From Octopus bimaculoides (lineage: Eukaryota), in assembly GCF_001194135.2 (NCBI RefSeq), contig NC_068983.1:131785011-131849010 (forward strand): a stretch of 64,000 nt of DNA, in the 5' to 3' direction. Position numbers and translations under genes: made by a program. Of the stretch, positions 12,083 to 26,059 are shown piece after piece (the first letter of the stretch is position 1; each line of letters begins with the position of its first letter). The notes under the pieces are model-generated. The model searched no databases, had not been told where the DNA came from, and saw only the letters and a list, made by a program, of their open reading frames with translations.

Positions 12083-13130
12083 TAATTACTAATTTATTTA
12101 TTGCCCACCAGGGGCTAATCATTGAAATGGACAGAACAACTGATGGGATCAGTAAATCGGTATGATTTTTATGACTTTTATGACTTTTAAAAATTAAATA
12201 AAATATATAAAAAAATCGAATGAAATTAACAATACAAGGACAATATAAATAAAGCGATGATCAGGTCACGCTCCAGCCCCACAAGCCCCGATCTTTCGCT
12301 GGTAAGTTTTTGTTCTTTCTTTCCGTCTATTCACAGGGTTCCTTGCACGCCCAACACTCGTGCAACATGCTTCAATCTCTTTTGGAACGTACACTCCGGC
12401 AGACATCTCTTCTCCAGCCACACCTTCCTTTGTAAATGAAAAGTAAAAAATGATCGAAAATTGTGGCCAGAGATAAAGTTGCCTGTCTTAATTCCTTTTA
12501 TTCTAGTCTTCCATACTGTCTCTTTCGCTATTGCTACAACCGCGAGAAACCAATTCTTACCTTCGTTTGTTAAAAACTCCCGGTGGGTCAATTTGATAAT
12601 TGAGTCAGTCGACAGCTGTATTCTTCCTTCACCGGACAACAGGTGTTCAGCATAAGCCCACATTTCAGATATCTCCAGACACTGAACAATAGCGTGAGGG
12701 ACGGTTTCCCCGTCTCCCCCGCATTTTGGACAGGTCGGCGACTGACGCTTAAGGACTTTTGGAAGTTGCTCAACGTTCTCAACCCGAATATACGGTGAAA
12801 CAGGCTGTCCAGTTGAATAAACTCGAGACTTAGAGTCGCCCCTAGGCCATCATCGCATTCAGACTCTACCAACCCACTATATAAAATCCGTGTGGAACCC
12901 CCACCGCTGGCGTTGTCCGAGCGCCGGAATAGCAAGAGGGCCTTACGGCACTCTTTATGCCATTCACTCTACCTCGGTCTACGAGAACATCAGGCTTCCT
13001 GTTCGCAAAAACTTTTGTACTCGGGGAACATTTGTCTGGCCAGCGGAGACAACACCCGTTCACTATCCAGGAGAATCCAGAGGTGCCTCAATCTCAACGC
13101 GTGCCTTAGATTTTAAGGTTATGCATATCT
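12083..13130 (-). mobile_element. Tx1/L1-clade non-LTR retrotransposon, ORF2 C-terminus and 3' UTR
   Basis: Minus strand gives CPKCGGDGETVPHAIVQC (CCHC knuckle) continuing into ORF 12331-12663 (AIAKETVWKTR..). AATAAATAAA lies at the 3' end. Confidence 0.85.
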
Positions 13131-14661
13131 AAATAGTTACTTTTCAATTCTATCATGGATAATGATCCGAAGTCATTAATTATTAAACGATTAAACATCG
13201 AAATCAAGAACATATTTCAAAATAATTACTAGCCAATTAAACCAGAAAGAATATTTTTGGTTAAGTAGAAAAATACGAAAATTTTCTTTATTTAATGAAT
13301 TAGAAATTAAAAGTAAACAAGGAATTATATTTTTATTTAAAATATCTTCCTTTTCTTGTAAAGTCTAAAACTCTCTTTTTATCCATTAACTTAAAACCTG
13401 TTTACTTCTAGGTTTCCGAGTACTTTTTTCCACTAAATCATTAAGAATTATTTTTAGACTTTGTTCAAGTTAATAGCGTTATACACAATTGCTTGATAGT
13501 TATTATAACTTAAGTACAGGATGCCCATCTTATATATCTTTATTTGTTTCGAGTCATCAACTTGAGATGAAATAAATTGTAAATTTATTCTTTAATTTAA
13601 AAATATAAAGAATGAGTTCTAATTAAATAATTCTCTGACTTTTATCAGTTCTAAGCATACTTTGACAAATTCTCGAGAGATGGAAATGGGATTAGTTTTG
13701 GAGATCTTTGCTGCATAGGATACTGCAAAAAAGAGAATCCCGTAGGCACTCTGTCCAAACAAGGTTTAAAAGCTCAAGAGCCCCTGTTATGTCTCAAGCT
13801 ACTGCTATCTAGCACCTTCGGATGATCTCTACTCGACTGCTACTCAACAGCTCTACCAACTGTCACTCAACTCCTCTACCACGGCTAGAATACCTCTATT
13901 TATATGTCTTGGGCGATCCTACTTCTTCGCTTGGAAGCGTCGACACAACAGCCCCACAAAGTAAATCGCGGAAGATGCTAAGTCAAACATGGAATTAATA
14001 TTAAGTAAATTACAGTTGTTTTCCTTTAAGGGAATCAGATCTTATGCAGCAGTTTATGATCTAATGCAGGTCATATGCAGTTAATTTATTATTATAAGCC
14101 TAAATGGCCCACATACATGGAAATTACAGTAGATATAGAGAGTAAGAGCTGAAAGAATATGACTATACTCTAAATCATGTACTTAGTACACTTTGCTTTT
14201 GCTCGTTGTAAATAACGTGGATTGGACAGAATAAATATACCCACACGTCACATTATATTTTGTGTACTTTACAGATTGCTCTATACCACGTGCATACGTA
14301 CTCACACGCGCACACGCATATGAATATGCAACATCTTTTAGGCCTGAAACTAAATTATGCAAGCCATCAATAGACATAAAATGCTTTACGTGATGTCAAA
14401 CTATGTTGACTTTAATTCAATATTCTAATTGTGCAACTAAATATTACCAGCAAAAAGCGTGGCTAATTTACTTTACAAAATTATATTTAATACATGGAAA
14501 CCGTATTTTCAGCGCGCCAAGCGAGAAAGAAAATCAATGGAGAACCAAAAATATCCCAGAATAATGCTTGATAGGAAGAAAACATTTCCATTCCTCACTT
14601 AGTTACTACAGCCAGAAATAGACACTTCTATGATAGTTTTTTCTTGGAATATCATTGATTC

Positions 14662-14726
<65 letters not shown>
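14662..14726. repeat. (TCTA)n microsatellite
   Basis: Read directly. Confidence 0.98.
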
Positions 14727-14919
14727 CATGCAACGCACACAGATTTTACACACACACACATACACACATGCACGCAAGTTCAATATATTTGTGTGTGTGT
14801 GGAGAGAGGGAGACAAATATATATAGAGAAAGAGAGAGTGAGCGAAAGAGAGGTTCATACAAACTTAAATATATATAATGATAGTCTTACTACAACAACG
14901 ACTACTACAAAAAAGAATA

Positions 14920-15105
14920 ATCTTTTCGACAATAGGTACAAGGCATGGCATTTACCCCACTGATCACCTTGTACTCACTTCATCGACCCCGAAAGCATGA
15001 ATAGCAAAGTCAACTTCAGTCGCATTTGACCCCAGAACGTACAGACGGACTAAATGCTGCTAAGGACTTTGTCCGGCGTGCTCACCATTCTAGAAGCTCG
15101 CTGAT
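14920..15105 (-). mobile_element. SINE family B
   Basis: ATAGGTACAAGGC..ATCGACCCCGAAAG..CAAAGTCAAC..CAGAACGTACAGACGGAC..GTCCGGCGTGCT. Confidence 0.75.
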
Positions 15106-15187
15106 AATTATTTTAGAAATGGTAATTTTACTGAGGTAAAATCAACAACTGATGGGAAGATCAAATATGCGAAGAGTAATATAAATA

Positions 15188-15211
15188 CGGCGGGTGCTGA
15201 AAAGTTCCTGG
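15188..15211 (+). mobile_element. Orphan mariner TIR
   Basis: TA-CGGCGGGTGCTGAAAAGTTCCTGG, matching the MITE terminus near 3990. Confidence 0.55.
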
Positions 15212-15219
15212 TTGAAAAG

Positions 15220-15410
15220 TTCTTTCCTTTCTACTAAATTCGCAAGACATGACATTTGAGGGAGTGGACTAGTTGATTACATCGATCTCAGTGTTTCACA
15301 GATACTTAGTTTATCGACACGGAAAGGATGAAAGGCAAAGTCGACCTCGGCAGAATTTGAACACAGATCATGAAGACGGACAAAATGTTGCTAAGTATTT
15401 TGTCCGGAGT
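15220..15410 (-). mobile_element. SINE family B
   Basis: GAAAGGATGAAAGGCAAAGTCGACCTCGGCAGAATTTGAAC core. Confidence 0.8.
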
Positions 15411-16177
15411 ACAATGTACATAAATCAACGGTCCTAAAAGAATGAATATTGTTACGTCAAATCTTCTACAAACTGTAACAAACCACGCGTAGCTTGTATT
15501 TCTGAATGTTATTCTTTAAACTCTTTCTTCTCAATCAGTATTGCCTTTTGGGAAATATTCGCAGTTGGTTTCTGCATCTCAACACATACAGTTTTACCTA
15601 TTATGGTTCTGAACGCTAACAACTTCTCTAAACGGATAAATCCTATGAGATACATGTTCCTTTACACTAATTATCTTCCCGCACAATAACGCAAGCCTAC
15701 AAGACTATTATATTTTATTTAATTTTAATTTTATTTGATTTTCTTTCCTATAAGGTAACTTTCTCGTTTTATAACTTCATCTCTAACAATTAACACATGC
15801 TCATCCTTGCTGCTCAAATCTACATAACCAGATAGAAGTGTATTAATTATCTAAATTTAGTATTTTACTGAACAGCATTCTGTTTTATCGATGTTCCAAC
15901 TTGTAATTTCCGTCAACATTCAGTAGAGGACATTAATCCTGCTGTTAGTTCTAAACACACTAATACGCTCACGTGTGCGCATGCACACACACAAATATAC
16001 ACATAAGCTATATTTACCGTTTATTTTTTTCATATATTTTCTGTGATTATGAATGTATATCTTCGATGAAATATATTCTACAACTTGCCATCCTTGTAAA
16101 ATGTTGAACAAACCTTCACAATGTAAATTTAATTTCCTCTTACAAATTACATCGAATCAAATTATCAATATTTGCAG

Positions 16178-16182
<5 letters not shown>

Positions 16183-16241
<59 letters not shown>

Positions 16242-16440
16242 GTCTGTCTGTCTGCCTGCCTGTCTGTCTACCTGTCTATCCGTCTGTATGTATGTATATC
16301 AGTCTCTCTCTCTCTGTCTGCTTGGATGTCAGTCTATCTTTTTGTCTGCATGTCTGTCAGTCTGTCTATCTACTTGTTTGTCTGTCTTCTCTTTTTATCT
16401 TCTTTTCTCTCCCTCCTCTCTGTCTTACTGCCTTCCTCTC
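16183..16440. repeat. (TCTA)n grading into degenerate (TCTG)n
   Basis: Read directly. Confidence 0.9.
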
Positions 16441-16534
16441 ACTGTGTCCTATATTCTCCTATTTCACTATTTGATAATCTCTATATTACCGTTCTTACAA
16501 AAGGCATTCTAGAAGGTTGAAGACTTTTTTTCTT

Positions 16535-17769
16535 TAGATGTATTTAAAACCGACCAAGATTATCGTAGTTTTGATATTCCATTACTATACATACTAATAA
16601 GCGGACCAGGCAACTTGAAGGAGAACACGCTAGTAATTACTGCTTGCTACAACTGACTAGTTTGCAGATTGCAGTTGGGTCGAGAAAAGAATTTGGAAGC
16701 ACGCTATGCAACGAACCTTTGTGTTAAACTGGGAGAAAACACTACAGAATCTTATGAAATGTCTTTTTGACTGCTAATGGATTAACTTGTGAGCTGAGTA
16801 TCTGTTTTTTGCTGGCAGAAGAGTTTTAATGACAGAGGAAGAGAGCTGGTGAGGAACAATGAGAAGTGTAGAAGGTATTGGAACGTTAGAACATCATAAC
16901 TGGTTTAGAAAATTCGAAGTTCTCTAGATGAATTCCCTTGTGTGTCTATGAAGACAATAAACATATAGTTTGGAGTTGGTGTGGGAACTATACACTGTAT
17001 TATTTTTGAAGATATGAACTTGCACAAAATTTGTGTGACGTTTGTTTCCCTGGCACTCAGAGACAAACAGAAGGAAAAGAGCATTGGAGACAGCAGGTTG
17101 ATCTCATTACCTCCGGTCCAAGAGTACTTGATTTTCTAGTGACTTGTGCCAAAATTTGGATCAAATGTTGCAATGCAGAGTTGGAGAAACAGACCCAAAA
17201 AGCCCAGGTAAACCAAGCCCACTGGGAAGACTATGATGATCTCTTTTTCTTAATAGCAAATGCATCATCTACACCTACTGGGTTCCATCTTGTTAGGCGG
17301 TCAGCAACAAGTACTTTATGAAAGTTTTGAGGGAGTTCACCAAAAGATTTCGTCGCAAATAGCCAGTGCTGTTCCACTCGAAGTACTGGCACCTGCACCA
17401 GGATAATGCCCCAGTCCGTAACTCCATGATGATAATCAACTACTTAACATAGATGGCAACAAAACTGACCCCCATCCATCCGATAATCAATACCTGCTCG
17501 TTGTGCCTTTTGATTGTTCCCCAAACTTTAGGAGAACCTCAGAAGCAATCGTTTTGAACACGTTGAAAAGATGAAGGTAACCGTGACACAGGTCCAGGAT
17601 GCTTTTACTTTTGATGACGTCTATAGGCCCATTACGAAGTGGCTGGAGTGCTAAAACAATAGTATTGAAGCCAGAAAATCATAGTTTGAAAGTGATTTGA
17701 GGTTTGTACCTCTTTAAAATTAGTAAATATCTTCCTGAAAGAGTCTGAGAATGTTTAGAATACACCTTG
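16535..17769 (+). mobile_element. Full-length degenerate mariner (DD34D) transposon
   Basis: EARYATNLCVKLGENTTESYEM at the N-terminus, WHLHQDNAP, and a degenerate HPPYSPDLAPCDF/FPKL..RFE region. Right end TTAGAATACACCTTG-TA. About 1.2 kb. Confidence 0.85.
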
Positions 17770-20094
17770 TATTTGAGTTTACCAGCTTAAAATTTTCGTT
17801 TTGATATTGAAGCTAATTTTGTCCTATTGTATTTAAACACTGAGATATTTTAAACCATCTAATTGTACCACTATATAAATAATTAGAGTGTTTAGTAAGG
17901 AATTGGTAGAAACCGTTGGAGTACTGAAAGCAAAGATTTGCGTTATAAATTATAACTACCCATCTTCTCAGTTCAAATTCTGACGACAGCAGCCTTACCA
18001 CTTATCCTTCAAGTCAGATAAATGAAAGGCAGAATGTAATAGGGCATGAGTTCTTCATGCAAGCTATCTGCTTTGTGAAATTACTTTGAACTTCACAAAC
18101 TAGTGATGATACCTAAATCAGGCATCCACTACCTTACATAAAATTTTGTGTTTTAATGTATAAAAGCATTTTGTTTGTTCATACGTATATGAATTAACAA
18201 GTTATGATAGATATTACGGCCTGTAAATTTAACATTTCATTTAACAATTCCATGCTCACATTAAGTGTTCATGTTCTCATCACATTCCTTTCTTTCATAC
18301 TATCAACTCTCTTCTCTTCATTTTTAACACACACAGGCACACACACACACACATACACAGACATACACACACATTAACACACGCACACACATACACAGGC
18401 ATGCACACACACACAAACAGGAACAGTCACACATACACACTCCTATAATTGTGTACTTAACATTACATAAAGATAGTTAATGTTGTTTATAGATATTTGT
18501 TTAGCACATGTAGAGAATACCGTGAGAAAAGAAATATGTATGCAGTAATTATATAAATATTTTTTAGGGTCACATAACTATTATGTGCGTAGGAAAAGTC
18601 GTTCTTTTTTTCAAAGAAACAGATCTTTATGTTTGATGTTTTATTGATATCATCCAGAATTGAACACATAAATTTAATTAACATTCAATAATATTTTTAA
18701 CACGTACGCTAATATTGGAAATGTAAGAAAACTACTTGATTTGCTTCAATTAGTGATTCTATATTCATATATTATATGGATCAATATATTTTTATAGGCT
18801 CCACAATTTTCGTTTTACTCACCTCATTTCCATCTTTGCATAAGTATATCTCTGCCTGCCACTTGCTCTTTCTCTCTGTGTCTCCCAATCTCTTTAATGT
18901 TCTGAAATAATTTATGTAGGCGTTACAATAACGTAAGCATACCTTATACTTCATACTTACACACACATCTATAAGCTATTACATATGATTTCAATTTGAA
19001 AAAGAATATATTGGTATAGCTATATACATACACACATAAATATATAGCTATGCGTTTGTGTGTGTTTTGATAAGCATATACATGTGCCTTCTCTCTCTCT
19101 TTCTCTCTCTCTTNNNNNNNNNNNNNNNNNNNNNNNNNNNNNNNNNNNNNNNNNNNNNNNNNNNNNNNNNNNNNNNNNNNNNNNNNNNNNNNNNNNNNTA
19201 TATATATATATATGCGTATAAGTGCATGCATATGATTGTGTATGTAAAAAATTATTTCAACTCACCCAAAAAACCTAAATGTAACTCTTAATTGCCAAAA
19301 ACTTAGTGTCTCTATTAAAATCATATTCCTCAACGTTATATATACGCATATGACACTTATTTCAGAATCAATATTTTGAAGTGAGCTATTTTTATCTTCT
19401 CAGAGTCTATTCCACAATCTGATTCATATATTCTGGCATCCCAGTCAAAAATCTAGTTTGTAACACTAGAAGATTCTGAAATATCTACTGATGTAATATA
19501 CAGAGCAAGACACAAAATGTGGAAATGGTACGCTCAACGTCCCTATGTGACCCAACTTAAAACATTTCTAAGTAAATAAAATATGTTCATTCATTCGAAT
19601 AAATGCACAGGGAGAATTCGTTATTATATAGTATGGAATGATATAGGTGGAGCAACTCCATATACATACACGTCAAAATTATAGATTTGGTTAAGCAATA
19701 AAATTCAGATACTGAAACGATCACCAAAATCCTTGATTGGAATATTCGAGACCTTCTTATTCTGACGCTTCACACAACCATTTCTTTTGGATAATTTACG
19801 CCTGTAAATTTTCCAAATTTGCAAAATTCAAATGTGTGCTGGATCTACTACAGTGCTCTTTCCAACAGAAAATCTCCTAAACTTGTCTTCTACTGACACT
19901 AATAACATTAATTTGGTATCTAACACAACTTATATAGAAAATAAATGCATTATAAATGATTACAGAATGAACATAGAATGTGAAAATACAACGAATGAAG
20001 ATGAAGTATTACATTTTGGTTAATTATTTATATTTAACCAAAACACTAAAAAATACAGTAGAAATTGCCATACTAAGAATGTAAACCTGTACAC

Positions 20095-20900
20095 AAGGTT
20101 AGCGTTTCCCTCTTAGAATTTGTACAGTGCGATCGAGAGAGTCAAACGCATCTTCGTGAGATACTTTGTTGTGATCTCAAAAATTTAGCTTGGGCTGCTT
20201 AAAATCCGCTTTTCCTGAGCTTTTCCACATATTAAAGAAATGACACTTGTGCTCAGATCAAAAGTAAAATGAGTAGTTCTTTCATATCGAAAGAAAATTG
20301 TAGCAATTTCAGATAAGGTTGTTGAAATTGCATTCTTCTAATGTGAACAAAATTTTGCGAAAATTGGTTTGGATAACATTGTTTGTCAGTTCCACCAGAA
20401 GCATAAAAAGTATTCTTCCCGATTTATATTTTACTAATTGCCGGATCTTTGATTAGCCTATTTTATTTGGGAACAAGTTGGATTCATTTAGGTGGACATA
20501 ATATTGGAGGTTTTGAATATCATAGCTGGTTGACTGAAGATTCTCGCAACTAACTGCTGTAGATGCAGTTTGAATAGCAACTCGTAGTCCAATCAAGATC
20601 TCTGTCAGTCATGGCCTGTGCAGTATTTTCAATGGAGATCAATGGTTGTTTGTAACAAAAGCGCAAACAAATGTAAAGAAGTTGAAAAAGCCCTAAGATT
20701 TGAGCTTTTTGTTACTCGTGTACAAGATAAACTATATGGTTTTGCAATGCTGTCCAGGCGATTATCTCAGAATCGCAGAGAATCGGATTAATGAGACATA
20801 GTATATGACAACAAAAGGGTTCATCTTGACTCAAGAATTTGAGACTACTGCCTCTCATAGGTTACCGTTCCTGTCTGCATCATCTTTAATGAAGTAACAT
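20095..20900 (-). mobile_element. Helitron Rep/helicase fragment, heavily decayed
   Basis: Frameshifted minus translation: KDDADRNGNL*EAV; YASGGTDK (Walker A, GGTGK); IFAKFCSH*KNAISTTLSEIATIFFRYERTTHFTF; KLNF*DHNKVSHEDAFDSLDRTVQILRG (Walker B region). Confidence 0.75.
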
Positions 20901-21289
20901 CGCTAACAAGCTAACAAGTATCGCAGGCAATGTCATCAATATAACACGCAAATAGTGTTTAAGGCTCTGCAATGAGGATAGGCCATAAATATTCTGCTGC
21001 AGATCTTTGAAATTTAAATACATTATTAAAATCACTTATTTACATTTTTCTTCAAAAAATCAATATGTTGTGTAAAATACACTGGATCACAAAAGAATAT
21101 TTTATTCCTTCATTGGTCTTCTATTAAATTCTCTAAAGTTTGACATTACCGTGACACAATTACACTTTACACAGAAAAGTTGTCGTTCAGCACAAAGCGG
21201 TATTGAATCATATTATGTTCCACTTGTGGAAGTTATTTCTACGATTCCTAGGTAGCAAATCAGAACATGCCGGTCGCTATAGGTTTTAT

Positions 21290-22135
21290 CGTCCCTGAAT
21301 TGGTAGAGGGGAAAAATTCAGAAGTTTGGATTTTCGTTATTAGCGCAAATGTCGATGTGTTGGCTGAATGCTATTTTTCTGTTTTGGGGAATTTTGATCT
21401 GGGATTTGTGCAGAACAATCCTTTGACGTAGACTGTTTTTGTATGGCCTATGTATTGCTCTTGAAACCCAGAGCGTGTTAGTGCGTATATCAGGTTCTCC
21501 GAAGCACAGGTGATGCTGCTTTTCATTGTGAAACGTTGTACCTGCTCCAGGGAGAACTCTGATCCCTCAATTAAAATGACGCATGTCCTACAGTTAGGTC
21601 TTCCACATTTTTTTACTGCCAGTTTCTGTATTGATGTTGAGCGCATTCGAGCTTGTGTTAGGAGGTTTTTCATTGATTTTGGTTGTCTCTTGCTTTCTAT
21701 GATGGTGTGCGTTTTGAAGATTAAGTTCATTCTGTGGTCCTTTTTTAGCAGGGGAATATTTTGAACTATGTGTCGAAGGCGTCATTGTTAACAGGATTGT
21801 GTGGTAGGGTTCTTGGCTGCAAATCTTTCTTTAATTTGGGATTTGTGAGTTCGTGGATGTTGAGTTGTAAGGCTTGGTGAAAGCACATGTCAATTAGTGA
21901 AGGTGGGTAGTTCCAGGTGATGAGTGTATCCTTTAGTTCATGTAATCGTGTGTCTCTGGTGCTTGCATTAGTAACTATAGTACATATTATTTTTGCTAGG
22001 TTGAAAGGGATATTCATTTTGGAGTCCATGGGCTTATAAGTATGTATCAGTTTCTATTACATTGTTAGATTTCTTAATGAGGATGTCGAGGAAAAAAAGT
22101 TGTTGATGGCTATATTCCATCGTCTCTTATTATTC
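21290..22135 (-). mobile_element. Penelope-like element (Neptune-type), RT C-terminus, thumb and GIY-YIG
   Basis: TMEYSHQQLFFLDILIKK..IETD, NIPFNLAKIICTIV..RDTRLHELK, KRQPKSMKNLLTQA, KCGRPNCRTC, NLIYALT..QYIG. Confidence 0.9.
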
Positions 22136-23048
22136 TCTCTTCACTTTCTCCTTCTTCTTCTTCTTCATCTTCTTCCTCTCCGCCCCCCCCCCTTCCTTAC
22201 TTTACTACTATTACTGTTTAGAATAACACCTATGCAAATATTATAAACAATACATTCAAAAGAGATGTCTCAAGAATTCAATCACTACTACCATCCACAA
22301 ATCACTTTCAGGGCTCTTGACCATTTAACATCCTACTNNNNNNNNNNNNNNNNNNNNNNNNNNNNNNNNNNNNNNNNNNNNNNNNNNNNNNNNNNNNNNN
22401 NNNNNNNNNNNNNNNNNNNNNNNNNNNNNNNNNNNNNNNNNNNNNNNNNNNNNNNNNNNNNNNNNNNNNNNNNNNNNNNNNNNNNNNNNNNNNNNNNNNN
22501 NNNNNNNNNNNNNNNNNNNNNNNNNNNNNNNNNNNNNNNNNNNNNNNNNNNNNNNNNNNNNNNNNNNNNNNNNNNNNNNNNNNNNNNNNNNNNNNNNNNN
22601 NNNNNNNNNNNNNNNNNNNNNNNNNNNNNNNNNNNNNNNNNNNNNNNNNNNNNNNNNNNNNNNNNNNNNNNNNNNNNNNNNNNNNNNNNNNNNNNNNNNN
22701 NNNNNNNNNNNNNNNNNNNNNNNNNNNNNNNNNNNNNNNNNNNNNNNNNNNNNNNNNNNNNNNNNNNNNNNNNNNNNNNNNNNNNNNNNNNNNNNNNNNN
22801 NNNNNNNNNNNNNNNNNNNNNNNNNNNNNNNNNNNNNNNNNNNNNNNNNNNNNNNNNNNNNNNNNNNNNNNNNNNNNNNNNNNNNNNNNNNNNNNNNNNN
22901 NNNNNNNNNNNNNNNNNNNNNNNNNNNNNNNNNNNNNNNNNNNNNNNNNNNNNNNNNNNNNNNNNNNNNNNNNNNNNNNNNNNNNNNNNNNNNNNNNNNN
23001 NNNNNNNNNNNNNNNNNNNNNNNNNNNNNNNNNNNNNNNNNNNNNNNN

Positions 23049-23120
<72 letters not shown>
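23049..23120. repeat. (TG)n microsatellite at gap edge
   Basis: Read directly. Confidence 0.98.
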
Positions 23121-23124
<4 letters not shown>

Positions 23125-23584
23125 CATGCATATATATATAAATATATATACATGCATACATACTTACATACATATGTGTGTATGTGTAAGTATGTAATGT
23201 ATGTATTTATTTATATATGTATGAATACATGTACACACACAAACACATGCACACACCGACATACGCAAACATACACAAACTCACATACACAAATACACAC
23301 ACATATCACTGATCAGTAAAAGATGTAAGTACAGAATTGAAATCGAAAAAATCAAATGCACAGACGGGAATTGTCACTAGGTCTCCACAATTTGCTGGAC
23401 AACCATTTCTCCTATTAAACTAAATATCATGATCTTAAATGGCATTTTTCTTTTGTTTATTTTCGATTTTGTTGCATTATTAAATACGCAAATTTATTTC
23501 CTCCCCTTGTCATTACGAATAGTCGGTCACTATTAACTTCTAAAACACAATTTTGACACGAGCATTATAAACAATCATTCATTT

Positions 23585-23780
23585 GGACTCGCCGGTCAAA
23601 ATGCTTAGCAGCATTTCGTTTGTCTGTACTTTCAGTGGTAAAATTCTAACGAGGTCAACTTTGCCTCTCATTCTTTCGGGTTCCATAAAATAAGTACCAG
23701 CTTAGCACTGGAATCGAAGTGATCGACTAGCTCTTCCTCTAAAATTTTAGGCTTTGTACCTACATTAGCTGGTTATTCTT
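23585..23780 (+). mobile_element. SINE family B, sense copy
   Basis: GCCGGTCAAAATGCTTAGCAGCATTTCG..GAGGTCAACTTTGCC..CATAAAATAAGTACCAG..AAAATTTTAGGC. Confidence 0.8.
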
Positions 23781-24461
23781 TTCCGTCTTTTTACTTTTCG
23801 ATTTCTAATCACAAGTACTAGGATCAATGAGCTCGATTCTTGTACTTTGGAATTTCTGGCCTTAAGCCTAAATAAGAAACAATTATCAATATTATTAAAT
23901 GATTTCAAATCCCACCATATTTAACTATTGTCATTCCGATTTCTATATGATGAAATATTAAATACTAAGATCCATTCAGTCCAGTACCCCACTACAGACA
24001 AAACCGAAATTGGCATTGTCTTATAGGAAATTATTTTCATTAACAATATATTTCTGTGTATGTATGAGCATATAGTCACACAAATACACTTACCATATGC
24101 TCGCGCATGCATACATATATGATAACCTATCAAATTTTCTTCATTAATGTACACCCACACCTACCAACTGAAACAAAGCTGATTTATATTACGTATTGAT
24201 TAAATTATATATATAACCGAGTCAATGAATATATAACCATATATGTGCATGCATAAAGAAATTATAATTAACTTTCGAATTACGTGAGAACAGATGCCTA
24301 ATTATTTGAGTTTATTGATTCTGATTTTCTAATAGATGAGACAAAATCAGACGCACTATGACACAGAATCACACATAAACTTAGAAACGCACAGAAATAA
24401 ACACACACACACGCACAAAGCATACATATAACCATAAACACATACATACATACATACATAT

Positions 24462-24503
<42 letters not shown>

Positions 24504-25998
24504 TTTCTCTTACGTCTCTTAGTGCGTATAGCCTGTTAGATTTATCTGTTAACGACTTTGAATTGTGCATTTATTATATCATGGAATTATAAACTGTTTA
24601 TATTTATGATGTAATTAATTTTATGCGTCCAGATAGAACGAACATTCTCAACACGGTCCACTCAGTCGTAACTGATTAAATCACGGGTATTGTTGTGGCA
24701 TAGCTAGAGGAGGTGAAACAGCGCCTGTGACCATTTTTCTACGGTTATCTCAATACGCTATATACGCATTGATGAATAAAACATGAATAGATTATCTTTC
24801 AACCGGAAATCTGGTTGTTAGAGAAAATGCTCAACTAAAGACTGCCAGCAGTTAGAAGAAAGTGTCCCACTATGTGATGTATTTTGAAAATGATCGTTAC
24901 TATGATGAGGTATCTTTTGCAAACAGGTAGACGCAAATTATGCTCATATTAGTTTCAGTTTCGACGTGGCAGTCAGTGAATATCAACGGAGTAGTGTTGT
25001 TTACAACCTATGATACATAATAGCTAGAACCTGATAAATGACATGATCTAAAACGAGTCACAAAAACATGCCATACTAGCGACACCTGGTAAAAACAACA
25101 ACTGATACTCATATACATCATACTCTACTGTCGTATGCTCTCACAACTCAGGCAATGGATATATGACATATGCAAAAAGAATGTGATTGGTATAGGTCTG
25201 ATCAGTCAGGACTTACTTCATGACTAAACTACATTAATGACAGAATCAACTGAGCACATCATACTAAATGTGTCGTTGTTAACCTCCAGTTCAACCCTGC
25301 TTGAATTGAGGCGTTGTAACAATGACGATTTCGTTTTCTCTTTATCCAAGAACAATGTATTTAGAACCACGTTATCCGAGTGTGCTGCTCCTTAAAATTA
25401 CGAGGATTTGGTTTCAGGGGAATTTCCTTGCTAAATTCTTGCATTGTGGGAAGCGTTACAGATTCACTTGTTTGGTTCATCAAACTAAATAAAAAATCCT
25501 TATTTCTTTCATTTGTCGTTATCAATTAGCAAGAGTCTTTGATTATGAGAATGTAAATAATCTATTCTTTTATTTTGTGATAATACTATTAGAAAGCAAG
25601 TTTATAAAACATAGTTGATGCATCACTTATATATGGATAAAGACATAAGAGGTAAAAAGAGAGCACCAATATCTTTTGGCGGTACTCCCTGATTGTTAGA
25701 TGAAAAAAACAGGACTTCGGATCACAGACCTCGCTGAATGTTTGCTGCATAGTGGAATCTAATAATTATAGGCCAAAGTAGGGGTGTAAACCAGGAAAAT
25801 ATTTCCTCTAAGGGGCTTCTCTCACACAGTTTCTCTTAGAAGACTTTGTTTGATTTAAACTATATTAAATGACATTTGAAATTAGAGTGTTATGTAGTGA
25901 AATTAAACGTGAAATAACATTCTGGCGAAACAAAATTCTCATCCAATCCAGAAAACCATGACTATATATTCATAAATGCAAAACATACATACATACAT

Positions 25999-26059
<61 letters not shown>

